64,000 nt of DNA, from positions 42,461 to 106,460 of the forward strand of contig JASFYR010000019.1 in assembly GCA_045047115.1 (NCBI GenBank), in the 5' to 3' direction. The notes below the pieces were generated by a model. The model worked only from the letters and a program-made list of their open reading frames with translations, was not told the DNA's origin and ran no database searches. Made by a program: the position numbers and the translations under genes. Of the stretch, positions 29,737 through 38,419 are shown one piece after another (the stretch's first letter is position 1; the number at the start of each line of letters is the position of its first letter). Source of the stretch: Sulfurospirillum sp. (GTDB lineage: Bacteria; Campylobacterota; Campylobacteria; Campylobacterales; Sulfurospirillaceae).

Positions 29737-31265
29737 GCGAAAACAGACTGCAGGGTGTAATAAGCGCAGGTGATATAAATACTGCCAAAGCCGGTGAAGA
29801 GATATTGAAAAAAGGTGGCAATGCCTATGATGCCATGATAGCTTGTCTGTTGGCAGCGCCTCTTTGTGAGCCGATTCTCACCAGCCTTGGCGGAGGCGGC
29901 TTTATGCTGAGTCGCAAAAAAGACGAAGATCCTGTGGTTTATGACTTTTTTGTTGATGTTCCTCCTAAGAGTATAGAAGAGCCGGAGTTTTTCCCTGTAG
30001 ATGTTGATTTTGGTGCTACTGTGCAAGAGTTTCATATAGGATGTGGTGCAGTTGCAGTACCCGGAGTTGTAAAAGGAATATGGCAGATATATGAAGATTT
30101 GTCTTCTATGCCTATGGAAGAGCTCATAAAGCCGGCATATAGATATGCAAGCAAGGGTATCTACATCACTAAAATACAAGCTGATTTTTTAAAGCTTTTA
30201 ACTCCTATATTTACTTCAACAAAAGGCTCTCGTGATCTATATGTCAGAGATGGAAGATTGATAGATGAGAGAGATCTTTTTAAAAATGAGGATTATGCCG
30301 ATTTTTTAAAAAAGTTTGCAAAAGAGGGCTCGGATATATTTTATAAAGGTGAGGTAGCAAATAGTATAGAGATTTTGTGTGAGAAAAACAGAGGACTTTT
30401 AAATGCAAAGATTTTGAAAAGCTATAAAGTTATAAAAAAAGCCCCCCTAAAGTTCAGATATAGAGATTATGATATTTTTACCAATCCTCCCCCTTCTAGT
30501 GGTGGCATTTTGACTGCTTTTAGCTTGCTTTTACTTGAAAATGAAAAACTGGGTGGATACAGAACCAAAGAGTATTTTAATGAACTTATAGAGGCTCAAA
30601 AGATCACAGGGGATTTTAGAGCTAAGTATGTGGATGAGTTTTTGCATACAAATAATTTAAGAGATGTATTAAAAAATAACAAGCTGTTAGATAGTTTTCG
30701 AGATGAATTTAATCATAGAGTAAATATATGGGGAAACACAACTCATATCAGCATCATAGATAAAGATGGAAATGGAGCCAGTGTGACCACAACAAATGGC
30801 GAAGCAAGCGGATATATAGTGCCGGGAACCGGCATAATGCTAAACAATATGCTAGGCGAAGAGGATCTGAATCCTCATGGATTTTTTGGATGGGAGTGTG
30901 GCATAAGATTGCCTTCGATGATGGCACCAACTGCTGTATTAAAAGATGAAAAACTTCTGCTTTTGCTAGGAAGTGCCGGAAGCAATCGTATAAGAAGTGC
31001 ACTGTTGCAAACCATACTAAACTATACACATTTTGATATGTCAGTACAAGATGCTATAGATGAGCCAAGAGTTCACTATGAAGCCAATACAATCTTCACA
31101 GAGCCACCTTTGTATATAGAGCTAAAAAACTTAAATAATGCATATAAACTAAAGCAGTTTGATGCCTTGAACCTCTTTTTTGGTGGAGTTCAGGCAGTCA
31201 GCGGCGATATGGATGCAGGTGCAGACCCCAGGAGAGGCGCATCTGTGCTGAAAGTAAAACTTTAA
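29733..31265 (+). CDS. ggt: Gamma-glutamyltransferase family protein
   Basis: GGNAYDA, LGGGGF, VPG, PPPSSGG, nucleophile TTHISIID, LNN, S.MAP, ADPRRG. Confidence 0.9.
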   Translation: MSENRLQGVISAGDINTAKAGEEILKKGGNAYDAMIACLLAAPLCEPILTSLGGGGFMLSRKKDEDPVVYDFFVDVPPKSIEEPEFFPVDVDFGATVQEFHIGCGAVAVPGVVKGIWQIYEDLSSMPMEELIKPAYRYASKGIYITKIQADFLKLLTPIFTSTKGSRDLYVRDGRLIDERDLFKNEDYADFLKKFAKEGSDIFYKGEVANSIEILCEKNRGLLNAKILKSYKVIKKAPLKFRYRDYDIFTNPPPSSGGILTAFSLLLLENEKLGGYRTKEYFNELIEAQKITGDFRAKYVDEFLHTNNLRDVLKNNKLLDSFRDEFNHRVNIWGNTTHISIIDKDGNGASVTTTNGEASGYIVPGTGIMLNNMLGEEDLNPHGFFGWECGIRLPSMMAPTAVLKDEKLLLLLGSAGSNRIRSALLQTILNYTHFDMSVQDAIDEPRVHYEANTIFTEPPLYIELKNLNNAYKLKQFDALNLFFGGVQAVSGDMDAGADPRRGASVLKVKL

Positions 31266-31359
31266 TATAAGTAAATTCTAATGGTTATTATTATTTTACC
31301 ATATAATAAGTTAAATTTTGATACCATGCAACATTAAAATTTTAAAAAAGAATAAATCA

Positions 31360-32397
31360 GTGACTATTTTGAAACTATTATTTACCGTTTTTTTATCTTA
31401 TATCCTTGTAAAAAACTTGATTCGTTTTGCATACATTTTAAATTTTTTAGATATACCAAATGAGCGAAGCTATCATGTTGATGCTACACCCAGAGCCGGC
31501 GGTATAGGTTTCGTACTTTCTTTTTTTATTTCTATTCTACTCTTTAATTTTTCTTTATTTGTGGAAAACTGGTATCTGTTTGTATCTGTTTTTATGGTGT
31601 TTTTGGTTGGGGTTGTTGACGACAAGTATGAAGTATCTGCAAAATTAAAATTTATCGTTATCTTTTTTGCTGTTTTTTTACTTTGGTTTTACGGTCTGAG
31701 TATAGATACTATAGGATATTGGTTTGGACAACAAATCAATCTTGTTTGGTGGATAGCACTTCCTTTCAGTATGTTTGCACTAGCTGGTTTTACAAACGCT
31801 CTAAATCTTGTAGACGGTTTGGACGGTTTGGCTTCTTGTATATCTATTGTTATTATCATCTTTTTTGGACTCATAGGTTTAGACCATCAAGACGCACTTA
31901 TGATTGATATCTCCTTTTATACCATTGCTTCTCTTGCGGGGTTTTTGTTTTTAAATTGGAATCCTGCCAAGATTTTTATGGGAGACAGCGGGAGTTTGAC
32001 TCTTGGTTTCATCATAAGTGTACTTGCTGTTTTGAGTCTAAAGTATATCCACCCTGTATTTATTCTGTATCTTGCGGCTTTGCCTATTTTAGACACTCTT
32101 ATAGTGATGCTAAGGCGTATCCGAAGAGGAAAGTCTCCATTTTCTCCGGATAAGACTCATATACACCATATACTTGTAAAGTTTTTTGAAAATGACATTA
32201 AGAGGACAGTAGCTTTTTTGGTTGTTTTACAGACGATATTTAGCAGTATCGGTTATATGTTGCTAGAGATAGAGATTAGTGAAAGAGGTAATGTTATTCC
32301 ATTTTTTGCATTGCTTATATTTTTGATGATGTTTTTGTTGTTTTATATGATATTTACCGGTATGAAAAAACGACAAAAGTTATTAGATATAAGATAG
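31360..32397 (+). CDS. WecA/TagO-type undecaprenyl-phosphate GlcNAc-1-P transferase (start uncertain)
   Basis: DIPNERS.H, TPRAGG, GVVDD, NALNLVDGLDGLA, FMGDSGS, HIHH. Confidence 0.9.
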   Translation: MTILKLLFTVFLSYILVKNLIRFAYILNFLDIPNERSYHVDATPRAGGIGFVLSFFISILLFNFSLFVENWYLFVSVFMVFLVGVVDDKYEVSAKLKFIVIFFAVFLLWFYGLSIDTIGYWFGQQINLVWWIALPFSMFALAGFTNALNLVDGLDGLASCISIVIIIFFGLIGLDHQDALMIDISFYTIASLAGFLFLNWNPAKIFMGDSGSLTLGFIISVLAVLSLKYIHPVFILYLAALPILDTLIVMLRRIRRGKSPFSPDKTHIHHILVKFFENDIKRTVAFLVVLQTIFSSIGYMLLEIEISERGNVIPFFALLIFLMMFLLFYMIFTGMKKRQKLLDIR

Positions 32398-32481
32398 CGT
32401 TGAATTTGGTGTCTCTAATATAAATTTATGTAAATATTAGATATTATATTGTCTTATTTTATTTTTAAAGAAGGTGTTTGT

Positions 32482-35238
32482 ATGTTTAAAAAAAGTTTTT
32501 TGTTTATCACTCTGTTTTCGAGCTTGGTTTTAGCCGGAGTTTCTCAAACTCAAGTTATAAATGCTGTTAAAGCAAATCCTGCCCTTTTAAATACACCTCA
32601 GGCAAAAGCCGAGATGGCAAAAAGAGGCATAAGCAAAAGTGAAGTACTCTCCAAGATAAACAACACAACCACGGTAAATAAAAATAATACAGATGCAAAT
32701 CATGCAAAAAACAAGGTTGATTTAAAAGATAATTCAAGCCAAAACAAAGTGGTTCCAAAAAAACTTTTTAATAGCAGTGCCTCCATAAATCCACTAAAAT
32801 ATAAAGAAAACTATACACTCTTAAAAGAGATAAAATCAAAACAATCCATCAAAAAAAGAAAAAACCTCACTAGATATGGTTTAAACTTCTTTAGAAATAA
32901 AAACACTCTAAGCACAGATTCCCTGCCCGTTCCTAGCTACTATGTTCTTGGTTATGGGGATGGCGTATCCATATGGGTTTATGGTACCAAAAATGAAAAT
33001 TTTACTCTCAAAATTGACAATAACGGTAATATAAATCTACCAAAATACGGACCTCTGCATGTAGTTGGGAAGCAGTTTGGAGAGATAGAAGGATATATAA
33101 AAGAGAAGCTTAAAAACTTCTACTCAAACTCTGATGTAATTGTAAATATTTCCAGTTATTCCACTATACAGGTAAATCTTGTTGGTGATGTTGTAGCACC
33201 CGGAGTTTACAATGTAAATGCCCTATCCACAGTCAAAAATCTTCTCATAGCCTCACATGGTGTTAAAGATACGGGCAGTCTTAGAAATATAATCATTAAA
33301 AGAGACGGTAAGATTTTGGATAGTATAGATTTTTACAGACTTCTTCAAAACGGCGATGAGTCTCTAGGGATAATTCTAAGATCAAATGACACAATCTTTG
33401 TGCCAAAAGCAAATAAAATAGTATCAATTGACGGAGAAGTAAATAATCCTGCAAAATTTGAACTCAAATCAAGTGAAACACTGGCAAACCTTGTAAAATA
33501 TGCAGGCGGAATAAAAGCAAGTGCAAGCAGATATGGTTTTATAATCAACAGATACCTGCAAAATAAAAAGATGAAAACCATAGAGGTGGACTACAATAAG
33601 ATAAGAAACTTCAGATTGTTAAATAATGATAGAGTTTATGTCTACAAAATAGATAAAATTCATAAAGAGAGTGTTTATCTCTATGGCAATGTAGTAAGAC
33701 CTGGAGAAAAAGAGCTTGCAAAAAGTAGAAGTCTAAGAGATCTGTTTAAGGATGAAATTTCAAAAGTAGGCTTAAAGGGAGTATTTTTGGGCGATACCCT
33801 CTTCTCTTATGCACTCATAAAAAGCAAAACAAAAAATTTAGACACAGAGATAAAAAGCTTCAATTTATCAAATATCTTAAATGGTAAAAAAGACATAAAA
33901 CTAAACAATGATGATGAGATATATATATTTAACAAATACAACAGCAGTATAACTCCGTATATAACCGTTCACGGAATTCCCATTGTAAATCAAGGAAAAT
34001 ATAGATACTTTAACGGTATAAAGATTTCAGATATTTTAGCGCAGGCCGGAACTATTTCATACTTTAAAGACTATAGTAAGATAAAAGTTACTACTTATAA
34101 CACTAAAAACTATATGCCAAAGATATCTATTTTAACAGGCAAAGAGGCAGAAAATTTTAAATTATCCCCTTTTGATGATATAGAAGTTTATGATTACTAT
34201 GCCCAACATCATATAAAAACCATAAAAATATCCGGAGAGGTTAACTTTCCTAAAAAATACAGCTTAAATGACCATACAACACTTAAAGATGCCATAAAGA
34301 TAGCCGGAGGTTTTACTCCTAAAGCGTATAAGAGTTATTTTGAGGTACTAAGATACTACATAAAAGATAATAAAAGAGAAAAAAAACTCATAAATGTACC
34401 ATACGACAAACTTGGAACATTTGAGCTGAAAGACTATGATGAGATAACAGTGCATATCATACCAAATTGGAGAGACAGAGAGACTGTAACCGTAAAGGGC
34501 GAAGTGAACTTTCCTGGTACATATGTTATAGAATCAGGTGACAAACTCTCAGATATCATCAAAAGAGCCGGTGGTTACACAGATAAAGCATTTTTAGAAG
34601 GTGCAATTTTTACAAGAGAGTCTATAAAGAAACTCCAAAGACAAAGACTTAAACAGTCAATTGTGGAGTTAAAACAAAAAGCCATATCGCTTAGTGTAGC
34701 TCCAAATGAGGTGGGTCAAGGAAAAACAAAAGTCAACTTTATAGAACTTACAAATGCGATAGACAAGATATCTGCTGAAGCACAAAGCTTGCAGCCTATA
34801 GGAAGAATTTCCATAGCTTTAAACGAAGATATGGATAAATTTGCAAAGAGCAGATCAAATATAGTCTTAAAAGACAAAGATACCCTCACTATACCGTCTA
34901 AAAACGATACTATACTTGTAGTTGGAGAAGTTATGAGTCCAACTGCTATAGTGTATGAGAGTAATGATGTAAACTACTATATAAACAAGGCAGGTGGCTT
35001 GTCATCCGGGGCAGAGAAAAGTGGTATATATGTAGTGCATGCAAATGGAAGTGCTGAGAGATTGAGCACAGGTTGGTTTAGCGATAAAACTACTCATATA
35101 GTAAAAAGAGGTGATACTATAATAGTCCCAAAAGAACTTGTAACTCTTACAGGGCTTCAAATCACAAAAGATATATCTTCTATATTTTATCAGTTTTCTT
35201 TGACAGCCGTGGCTATGCATGCAGTAGGAGCACTATGA
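32482..35238 (+). CDS. Polysaccharide export protein with multiple SLBB domains (Wza/KpsD-like)
   Basis: Signal peptide, Y.LG.GD, repeated GEV..PG.Y and AGG motifs. Confidence 0.88.
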   Translation: MFKKSFLFITLFSSLVLAGVSQTQVINAVKANPALLNTPQAKAEMAKRGISKSEVLSKINNTTTVNKNNTDANHAKNKVDLKDNSSQNKVVPKKLFNSSASINPLKYKENYTLLKEIKSKQSIKKRKNLTRYGLNFFRNKNTLSTDSLPVPSYYVLGYGDGVSIWVYGTKNENFTLKIDNNGNINLPKYGPLHVVGKQFGEIEGYIKEKLKNFYSNSDVIVNISSYSTIQVNLVGDVVAPGVYNVNALSTVKNLLIASHGVKDTGSLRNIIIKRDGKILDSIDFYRLLQNGDESLGIILRSNDTIFVPKANKIVSIDGEVNNPAKFELKSSETLANLVKYAGGIKASASRYGFIINRYLQNKKMKTIEVDYNKIRNFRLLNNDRVYVYKIDKIHKESVYLYGNVVRPGEKELAKSRSLRDLFKDEISKVGLKGVFLGDTLFSYALIKSKTKNLDTEIKSFNLSNILNGKKDIKLNNDDEIYIFNKYNSSITPYITVHGIPIVNQGKYRYFNGIKISDILAQAGTISYFKDYSKIKVTTYNTKNYMPKISILTGKEAENFKLSPFDDIEVYDYYAQHHIKTIKISGEVNFPKKYSLNDHTTLKDAIKIAGGFTPKAYKSYFEVLRYYIKDNKREKKLINVPYDKLGTFELKDYDEITVHIIPNWRDRETVTVKGEVNFPGTYVIESGDKLSDIIKRAGGYTDKAFLEGAIFTRESIKKLQRQRLKQSIVELKQKAISLSVAPNEVGQGKTKVNFIELTNAIDKISAEAQSLQPIGRISIALNEDMDKFAKSRSNIVLKDKDTLTIPSKNDTILVVGEVMSPTAIVYESNDVNYYINKAGGLSSGAEKSGIYVVHANGSAERLSTGWFSDKTTHIVKRGDTIIVPKELVTLTGLQITKDISSIFYQFSLTAVAMHAVGAL

Positions 35239-35239
35239 T

Positions 35240-36172
35240 ATGCAAAATACCAATCAAAATACTAACTGTATAGAAGAAGACGAGATAGATTTAAGAGAGC
35301 TTTTTGCAACTATTTGGGGCAATAAATTTAAAATTATAATTTTTACATTTGTCATTACATCTTTGACTTTGATATATGTTTTGCGTTTGCCAAACAGCTA
35401 TAGATCTTCAGTGGTCCTGGCACCACAAGAACAGAGCAAAGGTGCAAGTCTTGGAGGTCTTTCTGCGCTTGCAGGTATGGCGGGAATCAATCTGGGCGGA
35501 AGTAGTATGGATGCTTATAACTCCATGAAAACCATCTTGGATAATGATGCCTTTGAAGAGATGATTATCAAAAAATACAACTTGGATAAAAAACTAACTC
35601 CGGAGTATATGGATAAAAATCTAGTATTTGCTTTTGGTTATAGGGGTATATATGATTTATTTAAATCAAAAGCTAAAAAAGATAAAAGTAAAGATGAGAT
35701 CATCTACAATACTATAAAGAGGTTAAAAAAAATAGTTTCCCTAAGCAGTGATAAAAAAAGTGGAGCTATAACATTGAGTGTTGAATTGCAAGATAGATTT
35801 TTAGCTGAAAAATTACTAGAGATATATCTCAATGAAACTACAAATTATTTGCGAAAACTTGATATGCAAGATATCAGTAAAAAACTCAAATACTATAAAA
35901 ATGAACTCTCAAACATAAGTGATATAGAACTTAAAACTCAAATCAGCCAGCTTATATCATCTTTGATACAAAAAAAGGTGCTATCTTCTGCCAGTGAGTA
36001 CTACAATGTAAGATTGATGACTAAGCCATATGTGCCTTTTATCAAAGATAAATCAAAGCCAAAAAGAGCGCTCATACTCATAGTGGCATTTATAACTTCT
36101 ATCATTTTGGCAATTTTTGGAGTCTTTTTTATCGAATTTTTAAGAAACGAAAAAGAAGAGACAAAAGGCTAG
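35240..36172 (+). CDS. wzz: Wzz/FepE chain-length determinant
   Basis: EDEIDLRELF, two TMs, KSKPKR. Confidence 0.88.
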   Translation: MQNTNQNTNCIEEDEIDLRELFATIWGNKFKIIIFTFVITSLTLIYVLRLPNSYRSSVVLAPQEQSKGASLGGLSALAGMAGINLGGSSMDAYNSMKTILDNDAFEEMIIKKYNLDKKLTPEYMDKNLVFAFGYRGIYDLFKSKAKKDKSKDEIIYNTIKRLKKIVSLSSDKKSGAITLSVELQDRFLAEKLLEIYLNETTNYLRKLDMQDISKKLKYYKNELSNISDIELKTQISQLISSLIQKKVLSSASEYYNVRLMTKPYVPFIKDKSKPKRALILIVAFITSIILAIFGVFFIEFLRNEKEETKG

Positions 36173-36185
36173 TTCATAAATTAGC

Positions 36186-37685
36186 CTAATTTATAGTTCT
36201 AAACTTATAAGAAAAGCCTACATCTACAGCCATAGTATCTAGATTTCCATCTATGGCTTTTACCTTTCCAAATGATGTCTGAACTCCAAAGCTGTTGTTT
36301 ATCTTGTACTCTGCTCCTATCATGGGTTGATATATCATACCGTTTCCTGTAGCGACACTTCCGCCACCTGCAACGCCGATTGACATCTGTGCAAATAGAT
36401 TTATCTTCTCTCCCACAGGTATTCTTCTCCCCAAACCTACTAGCCCGACTGCATAGCCTCCAGAGTGTCCGCTATACGCACCTAAAGCCTGTCCGCTTAT
36501 ATAGAAGTTTTTATCAAGGTATTTGTCGATTTTAAATCCTATTAAACTTAATGCTGAGGCATCCGAGTTCTTTCTTATACTTTTATCGCCTAGGTAGTAT
36601 TGGTTTGAGATTTCAAAGTTCCATTCATAATCTCCAAAACTTTGATAGCTCCTTAAGGGTTGTAAATTTTTGCCGATTGAGAGTGATTTGAGTCTGTAGT
36701 TAAAATCAAACTTGAGCAAAGTGGCTTTGAAATTTCCGTCAAATGCGCCTATATGACCAACCTCAAAACCAAGTGAAAATTTGTTGTTCAATTTTGCATA
36801 CAATCCGAGAGCTTCTTTGTGTATGACGCCTCCACCTGTATCAACCTTTCCTCCACCTGCGGCACCCAAAGAAGCCTTTGCATAAACACCAAAATGTCGG
36901 GTAAACGCTTTTTTGTATCCTATGCCCCCCGATACTTCAGCATATCCATCAGTACCGCCTCCTGCTGCTCCTGCTGCTTCACCAAATAAAAACAGATTTT
37001 TATCCAGCTCATAACCATACTCAAATCCTACCAGACTCATATCTTTTTTCATTGAGTTTCCAGATGTGTTTTTAACACCGCCTGGTATCATATACCTTTG
37101 CAAAGTCACAGCAAAATAGCTATCACTCCAGCCCATGTCAGTATGAGTTGATTTCATAAAATCTGATATATCATCTAATATCATAGGAGAGTTTGTATTC
37201 TTTTTATGAACAGCTTCAAAAGGTATGGATAGTTGTAAAAAAACCTGATTGCTGTCTATATTTCCGTTTGGAAATTTAACCTTGCTAAATCCAAGCCCTA
37301 CTTTGTAGCCAGAGATGGTATATAACAGCGCTATGTGAGGTCTGAGCATAAGCCCGCCACCCTGAGGTGCTGATCCGCCTCCGCCTCCGCCTGCAAATAC
37401 TCCGGCATCAAGAGAAAAATTGCGACCTAAAGTGTATTTGTATCCAGCTTCCAATCCTCCGGTGAAAAATCCGCCCCTTTGCCCCGATACTGCACTATAC
37501 ACTCCAAGACCAAGGTATGCGTGATCAAAATCATACAGATAGCCAGTACCTAATAATCCCAATTTTTCATTTCCGGGCAGAATTAAACTGTCATAAGTTA
37601 TACTATAGTGCCCTTTTTGTATAAAAAGATCACTGGACAAAAGTGACAGAGCGGTAGCAAAAGTAAAAATAAGAATTTTTTTCAT
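36186..37685 (-). CDS. Gly-rich outer-membrane beta-barrel protein with three internal repeats
   Basis: Signal peptide, alternating aromatic/Gly strands, three G.AGGG-containing modules. Confidence 0.7.
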   Translation of the reverse strand: MKKILIFTFATALSLLSSDLFIQKGHYSITYDSLILPGNEKLGLLGTGYLYDFDHAYLGLGVYSAVSGQRGGFFTGGLEAGYKYTLGRNFSLDAGVFAGGGGGGSAPQGGGLMLRPHIALLYTISGYKVGLGFSKVKFPNGNIDSNQVFLQLSIPFEAVHKKNTNSPMILDDISDFMKSTHTDMGWSDSYFAVTLQRYMIPGGVKNTSGNSMKKDMSLVGFEYGYELDKNLFLFGEAAGAAGGGTDGYAEVSGGIGYKKAFTRHFGVYAKASLGAAGGGKVDTGGGVIHKEALGLYAKLNNKFSLGFEVGHIGAFDGNFKATLLKFDFNYRLKSLSIGKNLQPLRSYQSFGDYEWNFEISNQYYLGDKSIRKNSDASALSLIGFKIDKYLDKNFYISGQALGAYSGHSGGYAVGLVGLGRRIPVGEKINLFAQMSIGVAGGGSVATGNGMIYQPMIGAEYKINNSFGVQTSFGKVKAIDGNLDTMAVDVGFSYKFRTIN

Positions 37686-37772
37686 ATCAAGCCTAGATTT
37701 TAAATATTTTCAATTAAAGACACTCATTATAACGAGAATAAAATGAGATGTGCATTAAAAATCAAAAGTTGC

Positions 37773-37827
37773 TTGACATATTAATTTATATATGATAATA
37801 TTCTCATATGAACAAAACTTCATATGA
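37773..37827 (+). promoter_or_regulatory. Sigma-70 promoter with ArsR/SmtB-type operator
   Basis: TTGACA at 37773; inverted repeat TCATATGAA-CAAAAC-TTCATATGA at 37804-37827. Confidence 0.75.
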
Positions 37828-37839
37828 AAAGGATTTGAA

Positions 37840-38046
37840 ATGAAAAAAATATTTAAAGCAAAAAACATAAGTTGCATCAACTGTGCCAATCTCATAAAAA
37901 ACTCTTTGGAGGATGATTTTGGTAAGATTGAAGTTAATCTTGATACTACTCCCAAAGAGGTAACTTTGGAGATTCCAAATGAAGAAGTTGAGGCAAAATT
38001 TAAAGCCGAAATGGAAGAGTTGGGATATGCTGTGATAGAAGATTGA
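37840..38046 (+). CDS. Heavy-metal-associated chaperone (CopZ-like)
   Basis: NISCINC, ELGY. Confidence 0.85.
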   Translation: MKKIFKAKNISCINCANLIKNSLEDDFGKIEVNLDTTPKEVTLEIPNEEVEAKFKAEMEELGYAVIED

Positions 38047-38047
38047 T

Positions 38048-38419
38048 ATGAAAGATTCAAAAAAACTCATAAGATCCTGCTGTGAAGGAATCAGCTATAT
38101 AAGTGATATAGACAGAATTTTGCCGAGTGATGATGAAATCATAAAACTTACCTATATCTTTAAAGCACTCAGTGACCCAATGCGAGCAAAGATGCTCTTT
38201 GCTCTGCTTGATTATGAGATATGTGTAGGAGAGATGTCAAATCTACTTGGTGTCTCTCAGTCTCATGTCTCTCATCAGTTCAAGATTTTGCGTAGGTATG
38301 AGATAGTGACATTTACCAAAGACAAAAAGATGTCCTTTTACAGAATTATAAATGAAGAGGTCAAAGACTTGCTTCATACAGCACTAAAAAGTATAAAACC
38401 ATGTCAAAAGAGAAAATAA
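38048..38419 (+). CDS. ArsR/SmtB-family metalloregulator
   Basis: FKALSDP.R, EICV, SQS.VSHQ..ILR; N-terminal CC. Confidence 0.9.
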   Translation: MKDSKKLIRSCCEGISYISDIDRILPSDDEIIKLTYIFKALSDPMRAKMLFALLDYEICVGEMSNLLGVSQSHVSHQFKILRRYEIVTFTKDKKMSFYRIINEEVKDLLHTALKSIKPCQKRK

